Source: Atractiella rhizophila (lineage: Eukaryota). Taken from it: a DNA stretch of 64,000 nucleotides. The notes under the pieces were generated by a model. That model searched no databases. It saw only the letters and a list, made by a program, of their open reading frames with translations, and had not been told where the DNA came from. Each line of letters begins with the position of its first letter. Position 1 is the stretch's first letter. The position numbers and the translations under genes were made by a program. The DNA lies in assembly GCA_021432655.1 (NCBI GenBank), contig MU271187.1, positions 62,001 through 126,000 of the forward strand, written 5' to 3'. This document shows, piece after piece, positions 38,601-49,761 of this stretch.

Positions 38601-39290
38601 TAGTTCGAGAGGTAAACGACCGATGATGTCGATGTGAAGAAGAGGGGAGATGCGAGATTGGATGGAAGCTAGCATGGAGGATGGTAGGGTGAGGAGGATC
38701 GAGAGCGCTAGTTCTGTAGGACCCGAAGTTAGCCCATGTCATGAGTGACAAAATAAGTCTCCGAGGGGGAATTATTGATGGAAGCTTCTGCCTGAGTTTA
38801 GGGTGAACCCGCATGACGATAGTTGGGCGGTTTGCTGGAAATTGTGAGAAACAGTTGGTTCCAGCGTAATGCGTATGGACGGCTCATTTGAACATAGTTA
38901 CGGCACAACACAATGTCCTCCCTTGCCTCGAAACGTATCCAGAATGTAGAACGTACCAGCACGCTCAGCTGCACTCGTATCCTTTGCCCAATCCACCACA
39001 ACAGCACTATTTAGGCCATGGCCTCCGCTCACACCGCCAATATCCCGCTCTCCGCCGTCCTGCGGCTCCTTGCTACTTCCTCCAGCAATTGTATGAGCAA
39101 TAGGCTGCCTCGTGAACTTCCTAGGGCTAACAAAAAAATAGCTGGATAGGCCTCCCACACCATTAGAATTTGGCAAGTCGGATGGAGCAAGCGATAAATG
39201 GTGGAAGTTGGAGAAGGGCGGATAGGCTTGGGAATGCAGCGTGGAATCGACGTCCTCGTAGCCCTCGTCGTCTGTGGTACCGCGCATCAT
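35653..39290 (-). CDS. F-box/WD40 protein of FWD-1/Pof11/beta-TrCP type
   Basis: LHIDIIGRLPLELARCILKHLD F-box, IDRNWRKGRY, HAESIYCVQF, HSGSVLCLQF, GHTDLVRTLQFD and RIFRIQYDITKIVSCSQDQKIYIWDF. Confidence 0.82.
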
Positions 39291-39736
39291 AGCGACTGTA
39301 GAGCTGCAGCTGAGCTTTTACGAGAGCACAGGAGCCTGAGCAGAAGAGGTTGCGATGGTCGCATGCACAAGGAACGATCGGGACTTAAGGGGTTCTTCCT
39401 CACCTGCCTGGGGGATAAAGAAGCACCACAAACTAAGACTGGAACTTGGTTCACTTTGAGGTGGATTGAAGAGGTGCTTCATCGTGTAAAGAGGGTTAAT
39501 AGTCGCATTGGTATCAAAACAGGTGTGTGCTTGCTCACCCTCACCACAACAAATGAATCTATTGTGGCTGGCGCTGTAGTTTGGCTGTCGTAACATAATT
39601 TCAAGTTATGCCTCCGGGCCTATGGTTCATCTTCAACTGTCTGTTGAATCTAAGGCAACTGCTTGGTTCCACTTGTTAAGATGCTATGATGCGGACCTGC
39701 CAACCCCGTTCAAGACTTCTTGAAGATTTCTCCAGG

Positions 39737-39757
39737 TGTACAATGTACAATGTACAA
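39737..39757 (+). repeat. Short tandem repeat (TGTACAA)x3
   Basis: tgtacaatgtacaatgtacaa read directly in intergenic DNA. Confidence 0.6.
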
Positions 39758-40217
39758 AACGCTGCGCTCAAGCTGTCAACTTCAGGGTTCGTTCTGCTCT
39801 GCTAGCTCATCTTCCATGAGCACGCAATCGAACAACACCTGAGCCTATCGGCTTGATTGACTTTGTTCGTCATACACTGTGATTACAACACGGGCTTGTC
39901 AGTTATGATGTCTTTCCCAAGAACATTCAAACTCTATTAGCTAGAGCACGATAAGGCTGATTACCTCCCTTGTCACATAGAAACGATTGCAGCAAAACGA
40001 AGAGGATGAAGTTGATTGGTTTGTTATTGATGGATCGCAGCTATGCGACCGTGCATAGTGCTCACCATCTGTTTTCTCTCCATCCTAAAACGGTATATAT
40101 GAACATGCGTATCATTAACTCACATCAGCTGCTTTAATGATGATTATGTACATCAAGACCTTTATACAATTGATTGTCCATTCTTATTTCTGGCAAAGTT
40201 GAAGATAACCATTGGCT

Positions 40218-40801
40218 TTAACCGCTCAATGGAATGCTCTCATCCTTTCCCTTCCCCAATCCAAAAACACTCCAAGCCACAAGGAGCAGATGACAAAGTC
40301 CTGAGAGGATAGAAAATGCATAACCTGCAACCTGTAGGGCATCCATCATCTCAGCATACTGCTGGCAATCCTCCCCGCTGTGCAAGCAGCTGAGATCCGA
40401 ATAATCCCAATAAAACGGATCGACGGCGAAGACAAGGCCCACGACCAGGCCGGCAGCGATGAGGTCACAGACAAGATCCACTTTCCTTGAGTAGGGAGGA
40501 GTGGAGGACGATTTGGATCGGCGGAGGAAGAGGAGGACGCTGAGCAGAAGGGTGAAGAATATGGAGATGGCGAACTATCGCCGCCGCAATTTTAAGTCGC
40601 TTTACACTGCTAGAATGCGAAAATACCCACGCCAATGATCCCCAATACGTCCTTGAGCTCCCCAACTCCATCTGTGTAGAAGGAGTCCTCGTGTGCGTAT
40701 TCAGCGCAAAGTAGGGAGAGACCGATGACGCTGAAAACAAACGTTGCTGCTCGTAGAACGAGATAGCTTGTGCGAACGGTAAAACGGTCATGAGAGAACA
40801 T
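40218..40801 (-). CDS. Small 4-TM (MARVEL-like) membrane protein, tandem copy 1
   Basis: Two exons; four hydrophobic segments, HEDSFYTDG loop, PPY..DL motif and C-x6-C loop. Paralogous to copies 2 and 3. Confidence 0.7.
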
Positions 40802-41728
40802 CGTTGAGAATACGTTCGTGAAGCTCAAGTGCAATAGTCGAGCTGTTCAGAACTGTCTGTGTGTGGGAGAGATGAAGCCATGGACGGAGTGTCAATATTT
40901 TTATCCACTTGGTGCCACGGCCAAGAAGGATGGCCAAGAGTGACGGTTCGAAAGCCATGAGCGGATTTGCGTTTACTAGGAGTTGGCGGATCTGAGGGAT
41001 CTGAAGTGATTGCCCCTCCAATCCGTTAAGATGAAAGTCGCACCGACGGCTTCACGCTAGCTCTTGGCAAGGAAAGTTGTCGAATCTGCGGGAAGTCTAT
41101 TGGTCCGCCAACGTTCTTTCCATGTTCACTTTCGCACATACATATGTAAATGAATGTGTATCCTCATCCGATGACTTGTGATATCCAGGTCTGGTCTTCG
41201 ATTTATATTATTGGCAATCTACTACCATAAAAGCTTTCGAGTAATATTATATATGTATGCATCATCAATAGTCCAAGCTTTGGGTCATTTTGGCAGCTCT
41301 ATTTCGACCAGGATGCCGTGGTTGAGGATATTCTCTCTTCGAATGATGGTTTACACGAGGTAGTCACCCCATGCTGTTCACCCATTGCATGCATTGCATT
41401 CACCATCACCTGATTTAATCACGCCTTCCTTGACTTCAAGGCTTCTAGCGAGGCAAAGGATCTGTGTCTTAGGTATCACATTCACTAGGCCCTTTCAAGG
41501 GATTTATCCGAGTCCCCCAACTCGTCTCACTTACATAATCTCGTCCGTGAGGGCACAGTGCCTATTTTCGTGAGGTTCATGCGCAACACGATTTGACATG
41601 GGGGTTGACGGTCATTAAGGCGATTGTGCTCTGCTGGAATTATTTCAAACAGTTTGATTGTCAGCTTGACATGATGTTGATCCTTCCTTATCCCACACAA
41701 GCCAACATAAATTTCCCAGCTCAACAAC

Positions 41729-42282
41729 CTATTGATGAATGCTCTCTGGCCTCGCCATACCCGTGAAACCGGCGAGAAAGAAATCTCCAGCCGCTGAAAT
41801 GACAGCGAACCCATAGCTCGTTTTTTGGAGCCTGTTCATCAAACCCGCGTATCGCTGGCAGTTAGGATCGCGAGTGAGGCAGTCGAGCTTCCTGTAATCG
41901 TAATTGAGTGAGACGGCGTAGCCAAAGACGAGACCGATAACTAGGATGCCAGATATAGGGTTGGCGAGTAGGTCGAATGCTCGATGATAGGGAGGCGAAG
42001 CGTTGGACCTATTGTGGTGGAAGTAGAACAGGAGCAGTGAAGCGATGGTCCATGCAAGAGAAAGAGAAAACTAGCCCGGAATGAGTCTCAAATCTCATCA
42101 TATCATTGACGTACGCCAACTATTCCCGCTACATCTTGGATATCTGCATCTCCATCCGTGTCGAACGAATCTTCATGCTGCAGCTTCCCGCTAAGCACGC
42201 CGATCCCAGTAATGCATGACACGAAGATCAAAGCCCTGACAGACAAATAGATGATACGGCGTATGCTTTGCTGTGAGGGCAT
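41729..42282 (-). CDS. Small 4-TM (MARVEL-like) membrane protein, tandem copy 2
   Basis: MPSQQSIRRIIYLSVRALIFVSC..HEDSFDTDG; exon 2 SNASPPYHRAFD..LDCLTRDPNC. TATA-like element at about 42425-42432. Confidence 0.7.
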
Positions 42283-43616
42283 CGCGATGCGTGCAGCTGA
42301 TTTCGTCGCTGGACCGTGGACGCATGAATTCGTCAGGAACAGCGTCGTTGGCTCGTAAAACGCCACTCACCTGGAGAACACCGTGAGAAAGCGATGAAGA
42401 GAATCATGTCTTCCAGAGCTCGACTTTTATAATACCTGTCAGGATAGTAACATTGGAGTTATATCACGACTTCAGATGCAAACTGTGAAGTTGGGCCTGG
42501 TGACCGACTGGCTCAGTTCTCAGTTCAACCAGACGACATACCTGCTTCATCCTTAATGGTAAGTCTTGGCACAGGACTTGGGAAAGTCCAATGTCCTCGC
42601 AACTACGGGGGAGAGATCGCGATAGCAGAGGGTGGGCTGATTGACTCATAAAGCAGTAACCCAGAGCAGGAACCATTCGCAAGGTTCCTCCAACTTCACC
42701 GGATATCGCCTCACAGAACGTGCACTGGCTGGCATTGAGAGGATTGAATACAGTGACATTACTACAACAAGCAACAATGAGTACAGTCAGCAAAAGGTCA
42801 TGTTATTGCGATTGTTATTCCTCAATTTGCCCTGGAAGCCTACGGGAGTTCTTCCGAGCAAAGTGCTGCGGTCATGTCTAGATCAGATTATGACCATTCG
42901 CCAAAGCTTGCTTTTGGACCTGGCACCGCCTCCAACGAGGGAGGACTAGAATTGTAGTATTATTTGTTTGCTGCCGTACGTGAGACTGTTCGGAAACTGC
43001 CTCTCTAGGCTTGGACACACGAGGTGCAATACGTGAATTCCCAAGGGCCAGGAGCATTGAGATTCTATGGAAGCCGGTCTCTTCTACCATCTTGTTGCGT
43101 TCGTCTGAAAAGGAGGTAGAAAGCGAAAAATAAATGTAAGTTAGTGTGGTGCTCTCCAATCGGCGATGGACGGCGTGGAAGAAACCGTTCACAACTTGCA
43201 CGCGACTTCCAACCAAGTTCCACCAAATTCCATATTATATGTGCCAGTCAGCTCTCACAGCTTCCATTTCCCATTTGGTACTTGCATACATGTATTACTA
43301 TCGATCCACTAAGTCGTTGAAATATTTGCCAGAACTTCAATAGGTTATTTACAAGAAGGTGAGGTCGTTGATCATTGCTTCCATCAACAAGGTGACCATG
43401 ACGGTTTTTGAAGGGAAATTGGTCCCCAAACAGAAGCAATTATATTTCTTCATAAGACTCTGACGTGAATTTTTACAATTACTACTACAAACGTTCAAGT
43501 AGTTCATACATTATTTCCAACAATTGGATGACGTGATTGCTATTAAGTTCCTCCGTCCACATCCCATGCGTACGCATCCTACCGCCACAGCAAGGTCTTT
43601 ACCATCCAAATGCAAT

Positions 43617-44204
43617 TTATTGATGGCTTAATGGGACACGTTCTGCCTTCGGAAGCCCCCATCCAGCGAAAGACCAAGCTGTGATGAAGAAATGGGTAGC
43701 AGCTGCAACGACGGCGAACCCATAACTTGTGGCTTGAAGCCTGTTCATCAACCCTGCAAATCTGTGGCAGTTGGGATCGCGATAAAGGCACTCGAGATCC
43801 CTATAATCGTAGTTAAGTTGGGCGGCGTAGGCGTAGACGAGAGCAACGACGAGGACAGCAGCTATGGGATCGCAGATCATGTCGAATGCTCGATGATAGG
43901 GAGGCGAAGCGTTGGACTTATTGCGGCGGAAGTAGAAGAGGAGCAATGCGACGATGGTCCACGCAAGTGAGAAGGAAAACTGGACCGGAATGAACCTCTA
44001 TTCCCCTCATGTCATTGTAGAAAGAAAACGTACCCCAATTATCCCCGTTACGTCTTGAATATCTCCGTCTCCATCGGTGTAGAACGAATCTTCATGCTGC
44101 AGTTTGACGCTGAGCACAGTGATCCCAACAATGCATGACACAAAAATCAGCGCTCGAGCAGCCAAGTAGACAGTGCGACGGATAAGCTGCGGCGAGGAAA
44201 TCAT
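43617..44204 (-). CDS. Small 4-TM (MARVEL-like) membrane protein, tandem copy 3
   Basis: MISSPQLIRRTVYLAARALIFVSC..HEDSFYTDG; exon 2 SNASPPYHRAFD..LECLYRDPNC. TATAAAA at about 44343-44349. Confidence 0.7.
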
Positions 44205-45781
44205 GATCGGGGTGGTGTCTTTGCCCAAACCTTCCAACGTTCAACTTCAGAATGAAGTCGTTGAGAAACTCACAGGTAAAGCTGCTGACTTGAGATACAC
44301 AACGATGGAGGGAGTGACAGGAGTCGGGTTTCCAGCGTAAGATTTTATAGCCAGATGGAAAACCGGCGGACCTTTTTGTTAGTGGTCTCTCGATCTGGAG
44401 GGCGACTTCTAAACAAACTTTGGCCAATTCTCTCAAGACAGGTCCCGGTGAGCCTTCGGTTGAGCCGCTGTTGAGTGCGACTGAATAAGAGGCGTTATGA
44501 TTGCTTCCCCTCGGGATTGTGCTGTTGGGTTCTCACTTGATCAAGAGACCCGTAAGGAGCAGCGAACTCTTGGCGAGGAGACTATTTCTCCTCGAAAGTG
44601 CTCGAAACTGCGAGGGAACAGGAGGGAACTTGTGGGAGAGAACAAGGCATGAAATTAAGTTCGGTTTAAAATTCCGACGGGAAGTCCCCCAAAAATGGAA
44701 GCTTGCCGGAATGTGTGACCACTTTCAAGACGAAGAAAATCATTTTTTAGGGATCTGGGCTTGTCACTAATGAGTTTAAAACACTCCAAAATCTGTTCGG
44801 AATCACCCTCCCATGTCCCAGAACGTTGTGCAGTCTTCTTGTTGCTAAAAAGTAGGAACCATGAGAACCCAATATCACGCTGTCATGTATATAACTTGAA
44901 GTTGAAGGGCTGCAGTCGCATCTTGTGACCCCATGCTGAGATTATGTTCGAATTCTGTCCTGCAGTAAGATTGAGAAGTACGACCATTCGCGCTCAAATC
45001 AAGGATCAGAGAGATAATGCCCTTGGGGAACGGAAGCGGCTAATATGGCTCATGGAATATTCCAAGGTGTGAATGAGTTGGAGAGGGAAGAGCAGGACAG
45101 CATTCAATGTTCAACGATATCAACTTTGTGTGAACACCAGCTGAGCTTCCCTCATCTCCATCTCAGCTTGCTGCCTGGGACAATCACTCAGTCGTCAGCT
45201 TTCTGTAAGCTTTCCCTTGCAGCAATCATTGAGGTTTACACCCTCTTGACGGATAAAGTTACGCCGAAGCCTCGTGATTAACTATCGTATCCAGCGATGT
45301 CCCGATTTTGTGAGCATCGAAGCTAGCGTGGAGACCGAATAAGGGTTAGTCCCAAGCCCAAGTGCTTTGAACTGAAGTAGTTCACAAATTCTACCTATAC
45401 TGTGGTCAATAACACCAGTATGTTGCATTTAAAAGTAACAAGTTGAATTACTGAAACAAATAAAGAATGTGGGACAAGAGACAGGGGTTCGAAGATTGAC
45501 AATTAGTCCTAGCATGCAAAGCTTTGGGAGGAGGACGGTGTTGATTCTTTATTCCATTCATCATCTTCCAGAACTGGATGAATAACTTTGACGATCTTTG
45601 GGCTACCAGCGACATCAAGCGACAGAGGAGCAACATAAATCCCCTTTCAATTCTTTTTACAACAAGAAGCTCGACCACACACCTCCATCAAGTCCCTGAT
45701 CCATCCCACAACTCTCCACCTTAATCTTCTTGCCTCCTTCGCATTTATCGCATCCACAGGTTCTTCGCACCCATAGTAACG

Positions 45782-46221
45782 TTATGCAGCTTGCATGAGC
45801 GTGATATTTTCTCCTTTGAGGAGGAGTCGCCCTGTTCGTGCAAACGAGTCAGGTGCAATTCCTCATTTATCCCCCTAAGAGTGCATAAAAGCTCACCCAA
45901 ATCAGTACGTGCGCCAACCTCCTTCCCCCGTTTACTCTTGATCACCACCTCCTGCGCCTCATCCAAAACAACATTCATAAACTCGTCGAACCCAATCAGC
46001 TTTCCTTCCAGTCTCATGTCAAGATTATCATAGAGCCAAATCTGGATGCGAGTGCCGGTTTGAAGATATTTGAAGATGACATTCTATAAGTCTCTCATAA
46101 ACATCAGGCCCAGCAGGCAGAGGGGAAAACACACGATGGGCTGAACCATCACGCGTTGTTGACGACCTGAAAACACGTTAGTTTTGCTTCAAAAAAGCGC
46201 AAAAAAGGGTGTACCGCTCAT
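45782..46221 (-). CDS. SME1: Small nuclear ribonucleoprotein E (SmE)
   Basis: MSGRQQRVMVQPINVIFKYLQ..IWLYDN..RLEGKLIGFDEFMNVVLDEA..LGRLLLKGENITLMQ over four exons. Confidence 0.95.
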
Positions 46222-46350
46222 TTTGTAAAGATCCGAAGCGAAACACGAAGAACAGAGGTCGAAAGACTGGCTGAAAGAGAGGCTGGTGGCGGTTTTGTTG
46301 GTTTTGGTACCTGGGCGTTGGTCCTGCGTACGTACCTCGAAACATCCTCA

Positions 46351-46360
46351 GAAAAATTTT
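46351..46360. promoter_or_regulatory. RRPE element in the SmE/UTP5 divergent intergenic region
   Basis: Exact GAAAAATTTT upstream of a t-UTP ribosome-biogenesis gene. Confidence 0.5.
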
Positions 46361-46861
46361 CCAAGTTTTGGCGGATTGCAAGAGGCGTCTGTAGCTGTCT
46401 GTAGAGCTGTAGTACTGGAAACGGGCACTGGCATTGGAAGTAACGACTGTTGTCAGCGTTGTAGCCTTTCAAAGTGAGTGTTTGTTTTCAAGTGTTGAGC
46501 TCCCTGGGTTGGATGATCGCAATTCTGTTTTTCACTGCTGAGTTCTCAGGATGGTTGTGCGCGACCTCAGTACCTCTTTGGAGTGAAACGACTCCTTGTT
46601 TATATTCTCATAGAGCCTCTTTGTTAATGTTTTATAAGATGGCTCTACTGAATCTGCCGTATTTTAAAGAAAGATGAGACTGGGACCTGTTCGGTATCCT
46701 TTCCGTACAGAATTTTCGGCAAGAAAAGTGCCAAAAGGGTGAATTTAAGGCGATCTACTAGATCAGCTTCCATTGCTCTCATGAAATGATGGCAAAGATT
46801 ATTTGTGGATCAGTAGCAACACACTTGTCCCTGCTGCAAGGAGCTGACATTCTGCTTCTAG

Positions 46862-49192
46862 ATGGCTCCTCCTCCACCGTCAGCAAAAATGAATGGCAAG
46901 TTGAAGTCACGCAAGGCACCGACGTCCACTCTCCATCGGGCTTTTGTGCCCCACTCTCTCGCAACCGCTAGCACCCCAGTCACACCAATACATCGATTTT
47001 CACCTTCTTGTTCGACCTCATCACAGCCTTTGTATGCGTCGCTTACCCGTAATCTTGATTCCCAAATTCTGCGCATCTATGATGTGAAGACAAGGAGCGT
47101 GTTGAGTCGCTGGGGAGCTAGCGTGGAGGAAGGAGCGGAGTGTGTCGAGTGGGGTGTGGTTACGGGAACAGGAGAAGGGAAGGCGAAGAAGAAGAAGAAG
47201 AAGAAAGGAGAAATGAACGGGGTCGTGGCTGATGAGGCACAGGAAAGTGGGAAACTGGTTCTCTTCATCGGAATGAAAGAGGGCAGCGAAAGTGGAAAAA
47301 AGGTCATCGTCCTTGACCCATTCAGTGGACTAGAAATCGCCAGTTTACCATCTGCGCCTACAGCTGGAGAGAAGGAAGGCGTTCATGCACTTTGTGTCCT
47401 CCCTCACGATGACTCAAAATTCCGAGACACGTCCACGCTGCTCTTCACGCTCTCCAAAGATGTTATCAAGGTGTTCAAGGTTCAATCGACCCCCTCTATC
47501 ATCTTCCAGCACGTCTTTTCCATCCCCACAAACGACTTGCCCTGCAAACCTCTCAATCTCACAGCGCGCTACTCGAATTCAGGAGAGGCGGACCGCACGC
47601 TTCAATTGGTTCTAGTCACGGCTGTTACCGCTCAGCCATGCACTACCTCCTTCACGCTCACTCACCTGCTTTCCCCAACCCAAACTATCCTCTCCCTGCG
47701 TCCTTTGTCCACGGTCCCTGCAAATTTTTCCACCTCTTCGAAAGCGCTAGAACAGCCTTTTGTAGGGTGGTGCCAAGATGGGTTTGTTGTTGCGGAAAGG
47801 GGAGGAACAGAAGTTTCAGCGTACACGATGGAAGGAAGGCTTCGTGAATCTTTCACTGTGGAAGGTGTGCGAGATGTGTCGTTTGAAGAAGGTTTGTGGA
47901 AGGTAGCCCATGGTGGAGGTGTAAGTGTGGGACGTTCTATGGGAACAAGTGAGAAGGCGGTGACGAAGGTTGTTGAAGAAGGGCGGGGTGAAGTTCATGG
48001 GGGAGAGGTGGAAGCGATTGGTGGAAGCTGGGTTGCGGTCACTGCTGAAGGCAGGACTCAATTTCTGACTATTGTGGGTATTCTGGTTCTCTCACGGACA
48101 GTAGCTGATGGATCTCATTTAAGCAATGGTTGGACGAGACTGGGAAGATCAAAAAAACCATCGAGCTCAAACCTGTTGAAAAAGACGGAGACGTAGCCAT
48201 GGACATAGATTCTGCAAGAGTACGTATCTCCTGCTGCATGTGTGGCGCGTCGTTGACATGGGTGATCACAGCCCACCTTGCCGTCAAGGTACAAGGAGGA
48301 CCAAGCAGTGGCTGCCTCCAGCTCCTTGCTGCCTTCTACATTAGGGCTCCCGTCCCTCTCCGATTCAGACGGCGAACCAACACTCGGCTCCCTCGCTGCT
48401 CGACGGCGTCAACGCCGCTATTCATCTTCATCTTCTGGTTCTTCAGCTTCCTCGTCGACCTCTCGCCGGCGTCCTACAAGTATACCTAGCACCTCGCTCT
48501 CATCCACGCTCATCCAGGCTTTACATTCGGGAGATGCCAGTCTTCTTCATACTTGCCTTCAGGAAGGAGATCCTCGCATCATTCGTGAGACTGTTAAGCG
48601 GCTACCATCGTCCTCCATAGTTCTCAAACTGCTCGAAGCACTCATGGAGCGTTTGTCGAGCGGAGGAGAGGGGAAGACGCGCAATTCGATTGAGTGGTTG
48701 CGACAAGTGTTGTTGGTTCACACCGGCTATCTCATCACAATACCTAGGCTTGTGGAACGTTTCGCAGGCTTGAGTCGAGCGTTGGAAGAACGGTTAGAGT
48801 GCCGTAAGCGGCTTGAGAGCTTGAACGGACGATTAGAGCTCGTCATGAGCCAGATGGAGCTTAAGCGAGAAGGACGGGGAAGGGGAAGGGAAGAGAGAGA
48901 GAAAGCGGAACGTAGGTTTGTGGAGGCCGAAGAGGAAGAGGAGGAAGAGGATGAGGAGGGGGAGACAGAGGAAGTCCTGGCTCCGGAGTCCGAAGACTTT
49001 GTGATGCAGAATGGAACAGAGGGGAGCACGATTGCAGGTGATGACACTTCTGAGGATTCAGAAGAAGACACCGATTTTGACGAAGACGAGGGAGAGGAGG
49101 AGGAGGAGGAGGAGGAGGAGGGAGATATCTCGATGGGCTTTATAGACTACGAGGCCATAGAGAGTGATGGATCAGAGGATGAGTCTACCTAA
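46862..49192 (+). CDS. UTP5: Utp5/WDR43-like SSU processome subunit (Utp12/Dip2 C-terminal domain)
   Basis: SLSSTLIQALHSGDASLLHTCL..IIRETVKRLP..WLRQVLLVHTGYL..LESLNGRLELVMSQ, an acidic tail and a divergent N-terminal beta-rich region. Confidence 0.8.
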
Positions 49193-49761
49193 CGTCTTGC
49201 CTATCCATCCAGAAGTAATGTTCATGATCCTGTATTCCTTCTAATCCTCACTTTTGCCGTGCTGGCCAGCCTTGCTTTCATCCAACTCCCTCGTTCCCTC
49301 TCTCCAAGACGGAAGCTTTTTATTTTTCATCCCCCCGTTCCGTCCTCAAAATTTGCGATGACAACATCGTGCCCACGAAGTCATGGCAGATCCCTGCTGC
49401 TGACGCCGGGAAAAATGTATGGCGATGGTTGTGAACCAAAAATTCACAGGTCCGCCCACCTCGAACGCAATAGCATTGTCGCGCTACGGCATGTGATGAT
49501 CCTTAAACCGCCCCAAGAGATTGGGAATTATCTTCGATTACCAAAGGTTCCATTACCCGTTTCGACTAGATATTGCGTGAAGCGAGCGCGGCCATATGGT
49601 CAGCGTCATTAGTAGCATACCCCGCGCGATGATGGAGTGAGCAAACTTCTCCCTCATCTCATCTCAGGATTGGGGAAGTACTTATAAAGAGACCCAGTGT
49701 GTGCGGTTTCGATATTCCCGCTATATTGCTGGAGCTTCTCTCTTTGGGTCGGTTCAAAAGG

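Noticed and set aside
40980..41700. Stop-riddled minus-strand frame suggesting a decayed gene
   Set aside because: No recognisable family motif; indistinguishable from intergenic DNA by eye.
42641..43343. Possible F-box relic (GVLPSKVLRSCL) between 4-TM copies 2 and 3
   Set aside because: Similarity is too short and no continuous frame can be reconstructed.
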